From: a virus | Taxonomy: Duplodnaviria > Caudoviricetes | IMG/VR virus record: IMGVR_UViG_3300044979_000046 | Location: 1 to 56,892 of that record | Strand: one strand, 5' to 3' | DNA: 56,892 nucleotides | Notes under the pieces: generated by a model | What the model was told of the DNA's origin: nothing | Seen by the model: the letters and a program-made list of their open reading frames with translations, nothing else | The model's database searches: none | In this document: positions 36,301 through 46,478 of the stretch, piece after piece | How positions within the stretch are numbered: position 1 is the stretch's first letter | Layout of the letters: each line of letters starts with the position of its first letter | Program-made: the position numbers and the translations under genes

Positions 36301-38468
36301 GGGTCTTCTTGCGGACCATCGTTTGTATTACTCGGAATTTGCGCTTGCTTGTTCAGTAAATAAGCAGCGCCGACTGACCACGGATAGTTTTCCGCTTCGC
36401 AGATAATACCTTTATTTGGATCATCTGTCATCTTGGTGAGGCGAACCGGAGTACGGCCAAACATAGTTCCAGTTGTTCCAAGAAGGCCATCGGTAACCGT
36501 GATAACGTCGCCCGGACTTAAGAAAGCAAAATTAGATTTCAAAGTAAAGCTGTAAGTTGTGTAGATCGCAGAAAAGCGTTGCAACCGCATATTCGCGGCG
36601 AATTGCGCAGCGTCTTCTAAACAAATGAAATCGTAACTTTGCGCGTCTTCTTCCATCAATCCATATTGTTGGACAGAAGCTTCGTCCTGAATCTGAAGGA
36701 GGTCAGAATTGTAGTCGTTAGTTCGAACCGACCAACGAACAGAAACTCTATTCCAACGATTTTGCCACGGATTTTGTTCAATCGTAATTGGGTCTTCATT
36801 GTCTCCAGTAACAAAATCATTATCGTCAAGATCGATAATCGGTTGAGTCGGAGGGTAGTATGTAACGCCGTTATCAACGGTTGTCGTATCTACAAGCGGA
36901 ATAAACTTCCAAACACCTTCATCCCATGTGTTATAAACTTGCCCGGCTTCACACCAATCGCTCAGTGTATCCATCAATGACGTAGAAGAGTCCATTACGG
37001 CAGAAATGAAATAGTTATTCGCAATCCATTGAGCTTTCGCGGACGAATTTCCTTCGAGCAAAGATTGATGAATATTTTGCGCCGGAAAGTTATATTTGTA
37101 CTCTGGAGAGGTCAAAAGGCCGTAGATAACATCTGCAGGGCAAGCATCAGGAATTCCGTTACCAAAAGAGTAAGGCCCAAGAATTTCAAAATTCATCTGG
37201 GGAAGATTCGGCGTATAACCCAGATATAAACCAGAACTAGCAACGTAGGCAATTTCACTGTAACCAAGCGCGGCTCCAGGAAAAGTGCTTGTCAGATACG
37301 GCCACGGTGTTTGACCTAATCCACCACCGTAAAACGTCAAATTTAGTTTTCCAGTAGGATCATTTGGATCGTAATTTGGGTCATCATAAATGTAAGTAAT
37401 GACCACACCTTGTCCGCCATCTCCACCCGTACCATTGTAAAATTCGTAAATCCCGCCTTGCCCACTGTAGGCATAGTTGTACTCGCCAGCCGCTGAAGGT
37501 GTGGCAGGTGTAACGTCTGTCAAAGCAATTCCGCTCGGGTAGTAAAATACTCCAGTATCTCCTCCGAAGTACGGTTGATACTGAGTTACGATTACAGGAG
37601 CGGTAGGAGAAATAGGAATAACGTCAAGTTCATTTTCATCGATGTGATAACGATAAGTAATGTAATTGACAACAACCGTTTCTCCAGCTTGCGCAGCGTT
37701 AAAATTGTATTGCGGAGTAACAGCGGAAGCAAGTCCTGAATGCGTTTCTGGAATCGTAACAACCGCGAGCGAAATCGAAGTTGCAGATGAACCTGTGCAT
37801 TGAACACTTACTACGTTGTTTTGAGAATTTGTAAAACCAGTAATCGTAAAGCTCAAACCCTCATACGCATTACTATCGCCATTGACTACCGTACCAAGAA
37901 AGACACCGCTTCCATTTACCGAAGTAAGAACAAATGGACCAATAGAAGGATTGTTCGTGATACTATACTGACCAGGGCCAGGAGTTCCAGTTACGTAAGT
38001 TAACGGGACTTGTTGTGTTCCGCTATAAGTTACGTTACCAGGAGAGCCATAATCATTGACCGTTACACTGTAACTTCCTGTAACTCCGGCGCCCAAATCT
38101 TGAACAAAGAAATTAGCATTCGTTGGAATGTAAGCATAGGAGCCACTTACCACATACGTTTCGGAAGATGTGATAATAGCAAACTTACCATTTGAACTCC
38201 AAACGCCGAGCATATTAGCGCATGGACCCATGCAAACAGCGCCAAGCACGCTAGCAGAATAGACGTAGGACGACCCACCCTTAATAAGTCCGCTTCCACC
38301 TTCGCTCGCTTGCCACGAATTAAACGCACCGTACCACAAAAGTTTCCAGCTATTAATTCTTTGCTGGCCAACCAAGATCGGGAGCGTTGTTCCTAAAATA
38401 GCGGAATTTGTTCTGATCCCGTTAAATTGAGTTGGAATATCATCTTGGCTATTGTTAAATAATCCCAT
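33333..38468 (-). CDS. Central tail fibre / host-specificity protein (1711 aa)
   Basis: Follows NlpC/P60; LPQMNFEI, NRVSVRW, YFKFLSFN; PA14-like HDDG insert. Confidence 0.8.
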   Translation of the reverse strand: MGLFNNSQDDIPTQFNGIRTNSAILGTTLPILVGQQRINSWKLLWYGAFNSWQASEGGSGLIKGGSSYVYSASVLGAVCMGPCANMLGVWSSNGKFAIITSSETYVVSGSYAYIPTNANFFVQDLGAGVTGSYSVTVNDYGSPGNVTYSGTQQVPLTYVTGTPGPGQYSITNNPSIGPFVLTSVNGSGVFLGTVVNGDSNAYEGLSFTITGFTNSQNNVVSVQCTGSSATSISLAVVTIPETHSGLASAVTPQYNFNAAQAGETVVVNYITYRYHIDENELDVIPISPTAPVIVTQYQPYFGGDTGVFYYPSGIALTDVTPATPSAAGEYNYAYSGQGGIYEFYNGTGGDGGQGVVITYIYDDPNYDPNDPTGKLNLTFYGGGLGQTPWPYLTSTFPGAALGYSEIAYVASSGLYLGYTPNLPQMNFEILGPYSFGNGIPDACPADVIYGLLTSPEYKYNFPAQNIHQSLLEGNSSAKAQWIANNYFISAVMDSSTSLMDTLSDWCEAGQVYNTWDEGVWKFIPLVDTTTVDNGVTYYPPTQPIIDLDDNDFVTGDNEDPITIEQNPWQNRWNRVSVRWSVRTNDYNSDLLQIQDEASVQQYGLMEEDAQSYDFICLEDAAQFAANMRLQRFSAIYTTYSFTLKSNFAFLSPGDVITVTDGLLGTTGTMFGRTPVRLTKMTDDPNKGIICEAENYPWSVGAAYLLNKQAQIPSNTNDGPQEDPGNATAIIFEVPNQAAQFTGDQVYIFVNGSNVNWGGFQMWVSLDGITYRYYNQYTTEGKIGITTSDYPLHADPDTTDTLSVNMEQSGAVLQSTSTTAWNYGNPPGSGSPTLSALVSPGQSFEEDETAGMGTAVGSPGGTGTTESQGPQVVNASEDVTAGLGLPWTNPNGVTGSSSYASINMTVNPTTLPAGVYLQGSVTAYFYNSITYPQGAIRQFYPISTTPGASLGNGVYCVGSATGNSLMFNTPPSNYGGSGDPDTHPIQWATINNSGTVTGFTTPYLGDQGQSFFTCLVGQFYIPVAGTYSITISHDDGLIWAISGGASIVSASDPGNGSQSVPDDPFSHTETLVMGYSFPSYSGGIPNPTTVGGINGQGFHPENYTIHFPSAGTYSFEIDWQQLQGPQVLGVYTGATSGSPWSASTILPASANQNFSDYLLALNPEFTVPTGANSIIGLEMSALTYCSASSISNVPNISAALTYNGAQLGLPIQLINTSYPTSPTTLTAGNTGALTEWNILIGALTPTVVNSASFGIQLQASISGTVGQTSTLYIKDVQVEIVWETAGSVIAWSNPQNVSSSSSYASATLSASQNLTQWLYATNFGFQLPFGFILSGIQVNMNAYTSSSVGNLSVIMTSEEQRIGGQKSQVITTTPTNYTFGSNVDNWGAPSGYWDIQTLNAQGLQGFGVMMQVQGAYSSTVYINDVVVTLYGTSSTNLELVAFETATLTGQNTYALTTMHRGLLGTFPCDHPAGSIFAQLNEATIIYEVPAQYLGSTIYFKFLSFNAYGYQLQSLANVTAYAVFIQGLSPGAIDQATGALLTGTQNFGVTSIEAVIAANHGPFGIQNIPSGYALIGPTGQLSGIPQWQNVTTGAGGGIADIYLYIPPVAGTYGPSQELYYTQPVRNIVFPQFLVGCAAGCRVAPTANCAVELLQDGVSIGTVNFTAGLTTTTFTFANAISFNGFSDTFQVLAPATVDATFAGFWMALQIARLN

Positions 38469-38943
38469 AGTCTTCTTTCACAAAAGTGAAGTAACGACGA
38501 CCTAATCTTTTTACCATTCCTTCATTTGTTCCATGAGAACCAATTACTCCCAAACCCTTTACCGCATGAACGATGTATCCAGGCCACTCAATAACGATTG
38601 CGCCATGCGTCCATGAATTAACAATCTTATAAACGATAAGATCACCCATTCGAACCGCCGATTCAGAGATTTCTCTGTACGAATACTTTTCAACAATTTC
38701 AATAGCTGTCCGGTCTTCTACGCGCAAGTGCATTTTGTCCGTTTGACTCGGAGAATTCAACCATTGTTGCGGAGAATAAGGCGGTGGACTAAAATCTTTT
38801 GGCATCAATCCGACAGCCTGGTAGACCCTGGTGGGAAGAAAAAAACAATCGACACCAGCATGTTTTACGCCTTGATGATCGACATAGGGAGTTCCTTCCC
38901 ATGATCGCGCCTCTCGCGCCGTATTGTGACGTATCGCCAACAT
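38455..38943 (-). CDS. NlpC/P60 tail-tip protein
   Basis: WEGTPY...GVDC, HGAI, IVHA; TAATG coupling sets the start at 38943. Confidence 0.85.
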   Translation of the reverse strand: MLAIRHNTAREARSWEGTPYVDHQGVKHAGVDCFFLPTRVYQAVGLMPKDFSPPPYSPQQWLNSPSQTDKMHLRVEDRTAIEIVEKYSYREISESAVRMGDLIVYKIVNSWTHGAIVIEWPGYIVHAVKGLGVIGSHGTNEGMVKRLGRRYFTFVKEDYGII

Positions 38944-40364
38944 TATTCTGCAACCTCTGGATTCGGAACGAAAGGCTGTCCACCATAGTGGATAATATTG
39001 CTGTAAAAATTGCAAGCAGAAATTGATTTCAAGCAACCGGATGTAATATCTAGAACATCTCCCGTCGCGACTGGAAATGGCAGTGGTTTAAGAAGCTGGA
39101 ATGTCGTTACCCCACCACTCACCGTAACCGCTTTAATGGATGCCTTAAGCCCCGCGTTTTGCCCACTCGTAAACGTCACATAGCCTAATGTAAAGGGAAG
39201 TGACGGCGGGGTGGTTGTGAGATTAAGGTAAAGCGTGGTGCTTCCGGTAGCTAGCGTGTTACTGCTAGTAAAGGTCGCTGGATTTAGCGTACATCCGGCA
39301 TCACAAAAAGTATGTCGGCAAGAAGTCATAATCTTGAATGGAGGAACATTTCGATTCAAGATATAAAGAAGATCGTAAAGTTGGCACGTGACTTTCGACC
39401 GGCCTGTCTTTTTTACATTTCCAATTTGCCCATTCGTTAATTGCATCGTTCCCATGTTAAGGCCAGAAGTATATAATTGACCATCTGGCCAATATAACGT
39501 CTGAATGTTTACGAGTGCTCCTTCAAGCATTCCTTGATTAACGACTTGCATAAAAGGAGTTGTCGTGCCAGGATAATCAACACTTTCTGGTATTAAAGCA
39601 GTCAGCTCCATGTCTTGCGAAGAAATACGGAACGACGCTTCATTTTTATATGGGCCACGTTCCCAAACTCCATTTTGAGAAGCATAGAAAACTGTAGTTC
39701 CAGAACCGCCTTGCCAGGTAACCGTTACTTGCATATATTGAACTTGAACAGTGGTAACCATTCCAGAAGTTCCAGTACAATTTGCTTGTACTTGAATTCC
39801 AAAGTTAGAAGCGTTAACCTGAGCTGCTGTTAAAGTCCCTGGATAAAGAAGATTACTAATCTGTAACGTAATGGCTCGTGTTGGAAAATAAAACTCTGGT
39901 AACCCCGGCATGTTAAAAGCTTGCGCGGTGCCAACAGGAGAACCACCGACTAGAAGTTGTCCGGTAAGAGATGGATTTATATTCGAACCAGAAATCGAAC
40001 AATAGCAAACCATCTGAACTTGAACGCCGATAATCGATCCAATTGTACTTGGAATAGAAAACCCAAAATTTTCGCAATTCAGTAAATCAGAAGTTGGGCT
40101 AGTAACGGCAGTTACATTAGTTGAGGTAAAGCTAACAGTTCCGGTGACTCCCGTCGTGTTGTTCCAAGCATTTCCAGAACCACTCGTTGTAACCGTAACC
40201 GGACTCAGCGGCCCTTGCGAACCTGGAAACACGATATCCGTGTTGGTTCCGCTTACCGCGTTTAGCGTTGTACCATTCGGTAACTGAATCGTGTACAAAT
40301 CAGCGCGGTTAAACGTCGTGTTCAGCAATAAGAAGTTCTGTAAAGCTGGACTAATGTTTTTCAT
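38943..40364 (-). CDS. Tail hub protein (DUF2163/BR0599-like)
   Basis: CRHTFCDAGC, GCLKS..C, HYGGQPFVP. Confidence 0.8.
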   Translation of the reverse strand: MKNISPALQNFLLLNTTFNRADLYTIQLPNGTTLNAVSGTNTDIVFPGSQGPLSPVTVTTSGSGNAWNNTTGVTGTVSFTSTNVTAVTSPTSDLLNCENFGFSIPSTIGSIIGVQVQMVCYCSISGSNINPSLTGQLLVGGSPVGTAQAFNMPGLPEFYFPTRAITLQISNLLYPGTLTAAQVNASNFGIQVQANCTGTSGMVTTVQVQYMQVTVTWQGGSGTTVFYASQNGVWERGPYKNEASFRISSQDMELTALIPESVDYPGTTTPFMQVVNQGMLEGALVNIQTLYWPDGQLYTSGLNMGTMQLTNGQIGNVKKTGRSKVTCQLYDLLYILNRNVPPFKIMTSCRHTFCDAGCTLNPATFTSSNTLATGSTTLYLNLTTTPPSLPFTLGYVTFTSGQNAGLKASIKAVTVSGGVTTFQLLKPLPFPVATGDVLDITSGCLKSISACNFYSNIIHYGGQPFVPNPEVAE

Positions 40365-41209
40365 TACAGAAGTACGCTCCTAAACTTCATTTCTTCCAGG
40401 TTCCAAATTTGATAAAGGGATTCTTCCAAGTCTTCCCACTGGTCGTCAAGAAAAGAACAACGATAATAAAATTGTCCTAACCAAGAGATGGTCGCAGCGG
40501 CGGCGGGAGCCGTATTAAAAGTCAACGTTCCATACTCGTTGATCGAGTAAGTAGAGCTGCTCACTAAACTACCATTGACGAAGATTAATGGCGGGGTAAC
40601 AAAATTTTGGATCATATCTTGCGCACCGCTCGTTACAATAGTTCGAAACATGGTGAAAGCGGTTGTAACTCCATCTCCCGTAGCAATAGCTTGCGTAGTG
40701 TTCACTGCAGGCGCTCCGCTAGGAGAAAAAATGGAATCACTCGTCTGCCCAACCCAAGTTCCGGTTCCATTTGCGGTACCAGTAATAGGACCAAGATACA
40801 TCGTTGTTCCAAAAACGTCTCCATCAGTCGTTGCCGTCGCTCCTGTTCCAGTTTGGACTACCATCTCATTTGGTTTAAAAATACCAAACGTAACCGCACC
40901 TGGAACAGCGTAGCTTCCCGCGAGACTGTCCCAAGGATGAAGAAAAAGCCAATCAGAACCTTGCCCTTGAACAGCCATAAAAAAGTTAACTAGAATTTGC
41001 CAAGCGGTATTGACACCTGTCGCGTCACCTTTAATATAGCTAATATTGAAAGAAAAATTCCAAAGAGGAAATTGATAGGTGCCGATTCGAATAACACCAC
41101 GGCCAGAAGCTGGACGCTGAATAATTGTATTGAACATCGGCGTCTGCTTTACCGGCCACGTCGCATTCCAATACGGCGGATCGAATGCCGGGAATACAAG
41201 TAAACTCAT
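40364..41209 (-). CDS. Distal tail protein (DUF2460-like)
   Basis: SGRG.R, FF....GQ...FL, GDGVTTAF, TFNTAPAA, FYYRCSF.DD. Confidence 0.8.
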   Translation of the reverse strand: MSLLVFPAFDPPYWNATWPVKQTPMFNTIIQRPASGRGVIRIGTYQFPLWNFSFNISYIKGDATGVNTAWQILVNFFMAVQGQGSDWLFLHPWDSLAGSYAVPGAVTFGIFKPNEMVVQTGTGATATTDGDVFGTTMYLGPITGTANGTGTWVGQTSDSIFSPSGAPAVNTTQAIATGDGVTTAFTMFRTIVTSGAQDMIQNFVTPPLIFVNGSLVSSSTYSINEYGTLTFNTAPAAAATISWLGQFYYRCSFLDDQWEDLEESLYQIWNLEEMKFRSVLL

Positions 41210-41210
41210 A

Positions 41211-44200
41211 TTATACCTTGACCCCCATCCTTCGGAATTTTCCTTGAATGTATTTGAAGGTTCTTTCGCCGTGTTCTTCTGGACTCAAGTTACCTTCGAT
41301 TTTCGGGCTGTAATTAAACCGCATGTTGTAATAATGATTTGCACTTTGACTTTGGCTCGAAGCGTTCGACTTAATATTGTTCGTTACGCCGCGAACGCCT
41401 TCCGCAATATGCGCTGGAAGGACCATCTCGCGAGGATGAAGCAACGTATGAACCGGGTTTCCACCCGGAACATCAAATCCTTTTTCAGCAGATGCTTGCG
41501 CAACTAACGGAGCGCCAGCGGCTTCTACGGCACCGGCAGCGAGTAAAGCACCGGGAATATCCAGTCCACCAGAAGCAATAAGTTGTGCAGCAAAAGCGGT
41601 AGCGGCAGCGGCACCAACTTCGCTATTTGCTAGCGCACCGTTCGCCGCGATAGCCGCTGTATCTGGAGTTACCGTAGCAGCCGTTTTAGCAGCCGCTACT
41701 TGCGCTTCTAGCTGTTTCTCTTGCTCTGCTCGTACATAATCGTCTTGTTCAGCCATTACCGACGTTAACTTATGCGCGGCACGCATCAATAATTGATTGG
41801 TAATAAACTGGGTAACTTCTTTAACGCCCCACTCAATAGCTTTCTTCGCTAAATCTTCAGCCAGTTTTTGAACAGCGTCGTGCCAACTCCGACTTTGGAA
41901 AATCATCTTGTCAACTTCAGATGCCCAGAAGTTAGAGATTTTAGCGGCTTGTGCTTGTTCTTGCTGCGCCTCTTTCTCAGCCTCTTTCGCCAGCTGTTGT
42001 TCCATCTGGGTGTGCGCATCTTCAATTTGTTTGTCGGCTCGTTTTGCGATCTCTACTTTCTTCGCTTGCAGTGCTTCATATTGCTTTAAATAACTTTCTT
42101 CGTTCGCAATGTCAACTAGAGAATTTCGCAAGACGGTATTCTGCTCATCTTGAATGGTAGAAATTTCCTTGTTTCTATTTTCTTCGATCAGAGAATCAAC
42201 ACGAGCGTAGTAAGCTTCTTGCGCAGATTGCTGTTGCGCTAATCCAGCTTCCATAGCTCCGATGTTTAATAAAGGAACCTGATTAATAATATTCTGTGAA
42301 CCAGAACCCTTCGCGGCTCCGCTAGACTTTCTTTCGAGTGACTGTTCATCCAGTTGTAATTCGGAAGCTGCTTTTTTTCGCGCCGACTCTAGTTCATCAT
42401 TATCAGAAGCGATAATGGCATTTGTACGTTTCTCAAGAATCTTCGCTTGGGCTGCGGCTGTTTTCTCGTATTCCTTTTGTTGAGCAGCCTGGTTCTCGCG
42501 AACTTCAGCGGTCATCCTTCGTTGAACTTCTTCGAATTCTTTCCCTTGCTCACCGAAGGTTGCGCGAGCAAGAGACAGTTCTTGCTCCATGATCGTATAT
42601 CGCGCAGTACTGCCTTCTTTCTCTTCGTTGTATTGAGCCTTTAGCTTATCGAGCGCACTTTCGTAACGTTCGTTTGTCCCCTTAATATCAAGTTGAGTTA
42701 ACGATGTTTGAAGGTTCTCTTCATTCGCCTTAATTTGCGCATCGATTTCAGTTTTCTTTGCTAAAGTAGAAGTATCTTCTGCGGCTAGCAAACCTTGTTG
42801 TTCTGGTTTAGGAGCTGCTTTAAAATAATCGCTGGATTCAAGGCGACGTTTATTTTCATCCGCTTCTTGGTCGGCCAACGCTTTCTTTTGTTCAAGATAT
42901 TCTCGTTCAATTTGAAACTTTCGTTGAACTTGCTGGCGCTCCTCGGATTCCGCTTCTTCCGTGGTAATTTTTCCAATTTGTTGGTTTCTTTTTGTCGTTT
43001 CTTCCGCGAAAGATAACTCAGCGTTTTCCGTTGTCTTCGCGGCGTTAATGCGCGCCTCGGTCATCTCAGAACTATTTTTCTGAGCCGCCCTTACTTCTTC
43101 TTCGTTGTTCTTTTGAATTTTTAAATTTGTTTCTGTTTGAATTCTGGCTTTGTCGTCTTCTGCCTTTGAATAATCTTCTGTAACCTTTTTCAAATACTCT
43201 TCGGCACTCGTGTCCGACATTTGCAAATTAAATGGAGCAATAAAATGAATATTTTGCCCAGATTCTTTTGCCATCCGTTGCAAATCTTCATTCAACTGAT
43301 CAACCGCTTCTTTGATTTTTTCCCGTTCATTTTCAAGTTTAATGTTCTTTACTTGAACAGGAACCTCGACAACACCGCCTCGACCACGAGCGGTGATCGT
43401 TTCAGTGTGCGTTTGACCAGCTTCGTTTAATATACGTAAAAAAGCTTGCTCCTTTTGCTGGGTCGTTGCTAATTCTGCCTGGTACTGGACTAGCCCTTGC
43501 GTTTCTAAATGAAGTCTAGTTACTGAATTTGAAGCGACATCACCGGCTGACTCCGCTCTTTGTTTTTGAATTTTATCGTAGAATTCAAGAATCTGCCGAG
43601 TCTCGGTAAGACTCTCGCTGAAAACTTCTTTTTGCGCTTTATTCCAACCAGCAAGATAATCTTCAATTTTTTCAATATATTCTGGAATCTGCGCCAGAAT
43701 ATCAATAAAGGCTAACGCACCAATAATCGGGAAAGCCTTTTCAAGCAATGGACCCAGGAAAGAAGAGGTAGCCGCTAAGCGAGCAAGACCAAACGACATC
43801 GATTGCGGACCACCGCCTGCAAGAATATCCACGAACAATTGGCCAGCAGCCTTCGCTTTTAAGAAGCTGTAAACAATTTTGTCGCCTACTTGCTCCGCGA
43901 CAATGCCAACTTCTTTTAAAGCGATTTGAACTTGTTCCGCGTTATACCCCAAATTTTTTAAAGCTGAAACAACTTCTTCTGCTGATAAACCTTGTTGGGA
44001 TAAAGAAGCGGCTACACTTCCAGCATCACTTCTCATTTGCTCTGCGGTTCTCGCAGAAGCAGCGGCAGCTCTCGCTTGAGCACTTGCAATGCCATTCGTG
44101 GCACTTTGTACTCGCGCCGCTGTACTTACTTCTTGGTTTCCGTAGCTCGCCGTCTGCTCAGCCAGCTTTCTTTGCTGAGCCGCGCTAAGACCGAATAAGG

Positions 44201-46478
44201 CCGCTTTCTTTTCTTCTTCAGCCGTTACATTACGAGCAACGTCACCACTCGTCGCTTCATACGCTTGCAAAGCAGCTACTTGATTTTGTAATTCTTGCCC
44301 TTCTTGTTGTGAACTAGCTTGAATAACGCTCGATTTCTTTTGAGCTGAATCAATCGTTTCGGCGTAAGCGCCCCGTTCTTGCTCACTCATCGAGCTAATA
44401 AATTGAGTATAAGCACTAACACTTGCAGAATCAGCTTCAATAGAACTAGCACTTTGCTCATGTGCGGTCGCGCTATCAAGAATCGACTGCTTCGCTTCTT
44501 GGCTAGTTGAGGATATCGTTGTATTGCTTTGTGCTACCTTTGCCGCTGTTTCTTCTGACGAACTAGAAACTTTCTTCTGAGCCGAAGAAATAGCACTAGT
44601 TGCCGAAGCTTCTGCATTAGCAGTAGTAATCGATTGCTGAGACGCGGAGAGTCGCTCCCGATATGCGTTGACTGCACGTTGTTGTTCCTCCGTCATGGCG
44701 CTAGAAGTCTGTTGAATACTACGGACTTCGTTGCCCATAGCTGAAGTAATCTCAGAAGAAGCAGACTTTTGCGCGGTACTCATTTGCTCAGAAGAACTAG
44801 AAACATTCTTGGTTTCTTCTGAAACATTTCGAAGGGCGGTAGATTCAGCCGTTAAGCTTGAAGTAGCCGTCTTTGCTGTTTCATCCAGTCGAGTTTGTGA
44901 AGAAGTATCTTGCTCTTTTGGAGCGCGAGCCTTCGCTTCTTCCACATCATTCTGAGCAGCATAAATTTGTTGTTCGGTAACTGGTTTGGTGACTCCCGTA
45001 TTTTGTGGAATTCCAGCTTCCCGATTTTGCGTACGTAAGGCGCGATCCTGAACTTGCTTTTCAAGCAAAGCATCTAATCGAGCTTGCGCACGAGCTACTT
45101 CTGTTGTACTTTCGGCTGTTAACTTGTTCGAGGCAGCAACTCGCTCATTTTCGGAAACAAGGTTCTTTTCAGCAGCCGTTGTCAAATTTGTAGAAGTAAC
45201 ACTTTCGCCACCAACCGGAGAATCTTGTTGCGCACGGCGACCTTCAAGGTCATGATAAAGGCTGGCTCGTTGATTTGCCTCTTGATACTCGGGCGAGCCA
45301 AGCGCGGAATCTTGAGATAATACTCGTTCTTGTTTTTCAGCAGATTCGTTAAACTTGTTATTTAATTCTTTCCCCGTTAACGTATTAGCAGATCGTATTT
45401 CTGCTTCACTTAGTTGATCAAATTTTTCAACTGTCTTTTGAATCTCTTCTTCAGACAACAAAGCAGCTCGATTTTCAACCGTCCCGGTTCGGGCGACTTC
45501 AGTTTGGCTAATCGCTACTTTTTGATTTGATTCTTCGAGCGCGGAATTCTTGGCGATGACATCAGTCTTAACCGCGCTAAGCGTTTGTTCAGCTCGCGCT
45601 TCGTCAAGCGCATTTTGCGCAGCATAAAGTTGCTGTTCCGTGACAGGCTTTGTGACTCCCGTATTTTGTGGAATACCTTGTTCACGGTTTTGTGCTCGTA
45701 AAGCAGTATCAGCAATACGTTTTTGAATTAGCTGGTTAAGATTTGCTTCCGCGACGGCTACCCGATCAATTTGGGTAACTTCTGTATTCGTAAGTTTTTG
45801 CTCGCTTTCTTCAACTTGTTTATTTGAAGAAATTTGAGCATTATTCTTAGAGATAATTTCACTACGAGAGCCGCCAACCGGAACTACTGTCGATGATGTT
45901 TCGGCTTCCGCAGTCTCTTCTTTTGGTCTAGCGGCAGTCGTTGGAGTTGGTGCTGGTGCTGCTGCTTGACCACGAATCTCCGGCGCACCAAGCGTACGCG
46001 GTGTTACACTCGCAACGGTGCGAGATAACGCTACGGTTCTTTCGAGTGTGAGATTATAAGCGGCTAACGCGCCTTGTACTTCTTTTGTTGTAGCTCCAAC
46101 TTGCTGAAGTCTTCTGGTAATCTCCTCGAAGCTTGCACCCTTTGATTGAAGTTCGGTAATAACCGCTGCAATTGACTGAATCTTTTGCGCGTAGTCTTGC
46201 GCTTCAAACGAAGCGCGACTCATCGAGTTTTGTTCTTCTTTCGCAGCCGTTGAAACAGCGTCTAAAGCAGAAGCAGCTTCTTTTCCTCCACTCGTTGCCT
46301 TGGCCGCGAAATTAGAGGCGGAATCAGATAATGCTTTGAACCGTGCGATTTCTGTAGAAGCAGCCGAGTCCATGCGAGCAAATCCAGCTTCGACGCTAGA
46401 CGCAGCTGCATCCATGGCAGGACGAACCTGCGAGATATCAACTACTACCTTTGCCCTAATCTCGTTTTCATCAGCCAT
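41211..46478 (-). CDS. Tape measure protein
   Basis: 1755 aa, A/E/Q/S-rich helical; LHPREMVLP C-terminal motif; position. Confidence 0.88.
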   Translation of the reverse strand: MADENEIRAKVVVDISQVRPAMDAAASSVEAGFARMDSAASTEIARFKALSDSASNFAAKATSGGKEAASALDAVSTAAKEEQNSMSRASFEAQDYAQKIQSIAAVITELQSKGASFEEITRRLQQVGATTKEVQGALAAYNLTLERTVALSRTVASVTPRTLGAPEIRGQAAAPAPTPTTAARPKEETAEAETSSTVVPVGGSRSEIISKNNAQISSNKQVEESEQKLTNTEVTQIDRVAVAEANLNQLIQKRIADTALRAQNREQGIPQNTGVTKPVTEQQLYAAQNALDEARAEQTLSAVKTDVIAKNSALEESNQKVAISQTEVARTGTVENRAALLSEEEIQKTVEKFDQLSEAEIRSANTLTGKELNNKFNESAEKQERVLSQDSALGSPEYQEANQRASLYHDLEGRRAQQDSPVGGESVTSTNLTTAAEKNLVSENERVAASNKLTAESTTEVARAQARLDALLEKQVQDRALRTQNREAGIPQNTGVTKPVTEQQIYAAQNDVEEAKARAPKEQDTSSQTRLDETAKTATSSLTAESTALRNVSEETKNVSSSSEQMSTAQKSASSEITSAMGNEVRSIQQTSSAMTEEQQRAVNAYRERLSASQQSITTANAEASATSAISSAQKKVSSSSEETAAKVAQSNTTISSTSQEAKQSILDSATAHEQSASSIEADSASVSAYTQFISSMSEQERGAYAETIDSAQKKSSVIQASSQQEGQELQNQVAALQAYEATSGDVARNVTAEEEKKAALFGLSAAQQRKLAEQTASYGNQEVSTAARVQSATNGIASAQARAAAASARTAEQMRSDAGSVAASLSQQGLSAEEVVSALKNLGYNAEQVQIALKEVGIVAEQVGDKIVYSFLKAKAAGQLFVDILAGGGPQSMSFGLARLAATSSFLGPLLEKAFPIIGALAFIDILAQIPEYIEKIEDYLAGWNKAQKEVFSESLTETRQILEFYDKIQKQRAESAGDVASNSVTRLHLETQGLVQYQAELATTQQKEQAFLRILNEAGQTHTETITARGRGGVVEVPVQVKNIKLENEREKIKEAVDQLNEDLQRMAKESGQNIHFIAPFNLQMSDTSAEEYLKKVTEDYSKAEDDKARIQTETNLKIQKNNEEEVRAAQKNSSEMTEARINAAKTTENAELSFAEETTKRNQQIGKITTEEAESEERQQVQRKFQIEREYLEQKKALADQEADENKRRLESSDYFKAAPKPEQQGLLAAEDTSTLAKKTEIDAQIKANEENLQTSLTQLDIKGTNERYESALDKLKAQYNEEKEGSTARYTIMEQELSLARATFGEQGKEFEEVQRRMTAEVRENQAAQQKEYEKTAAAQAKILEKRTNAIIASDNDELESARKKAASELQLDEQSLERKSSGAAKGSGSQNIINQVPLLNIGAMEAGLAQQQSAQEAYYARVDSLIEENRNKEISTIQDEQNTVLRNSLVDIANEESYLKQYEALQAKKVEIAKRADKQIEDAHTQMEQQLAKEAEKEAQQEQAQAAKISNFWASEVDKMIFQSRSWHDAVQKLAEDLAKKAIEWGVKEVTQFITNQLLMRAAHKLTSVMAEQDDYVRAEQEKQLEAQVAAAKTAATVTPDTAAIAANGALANSEVGAAAATAFAAQLIASGGLDIPGALLAAGAVEAAGAPLVAQASAEKGFDVPGGNPVHTLLHPREMVLPAHIAEGVRGVTNNIKSNASSQSQSANHYYNMRFNYSPKIEGNLSPEEHGERTFKYIQGKFRRMGVKV

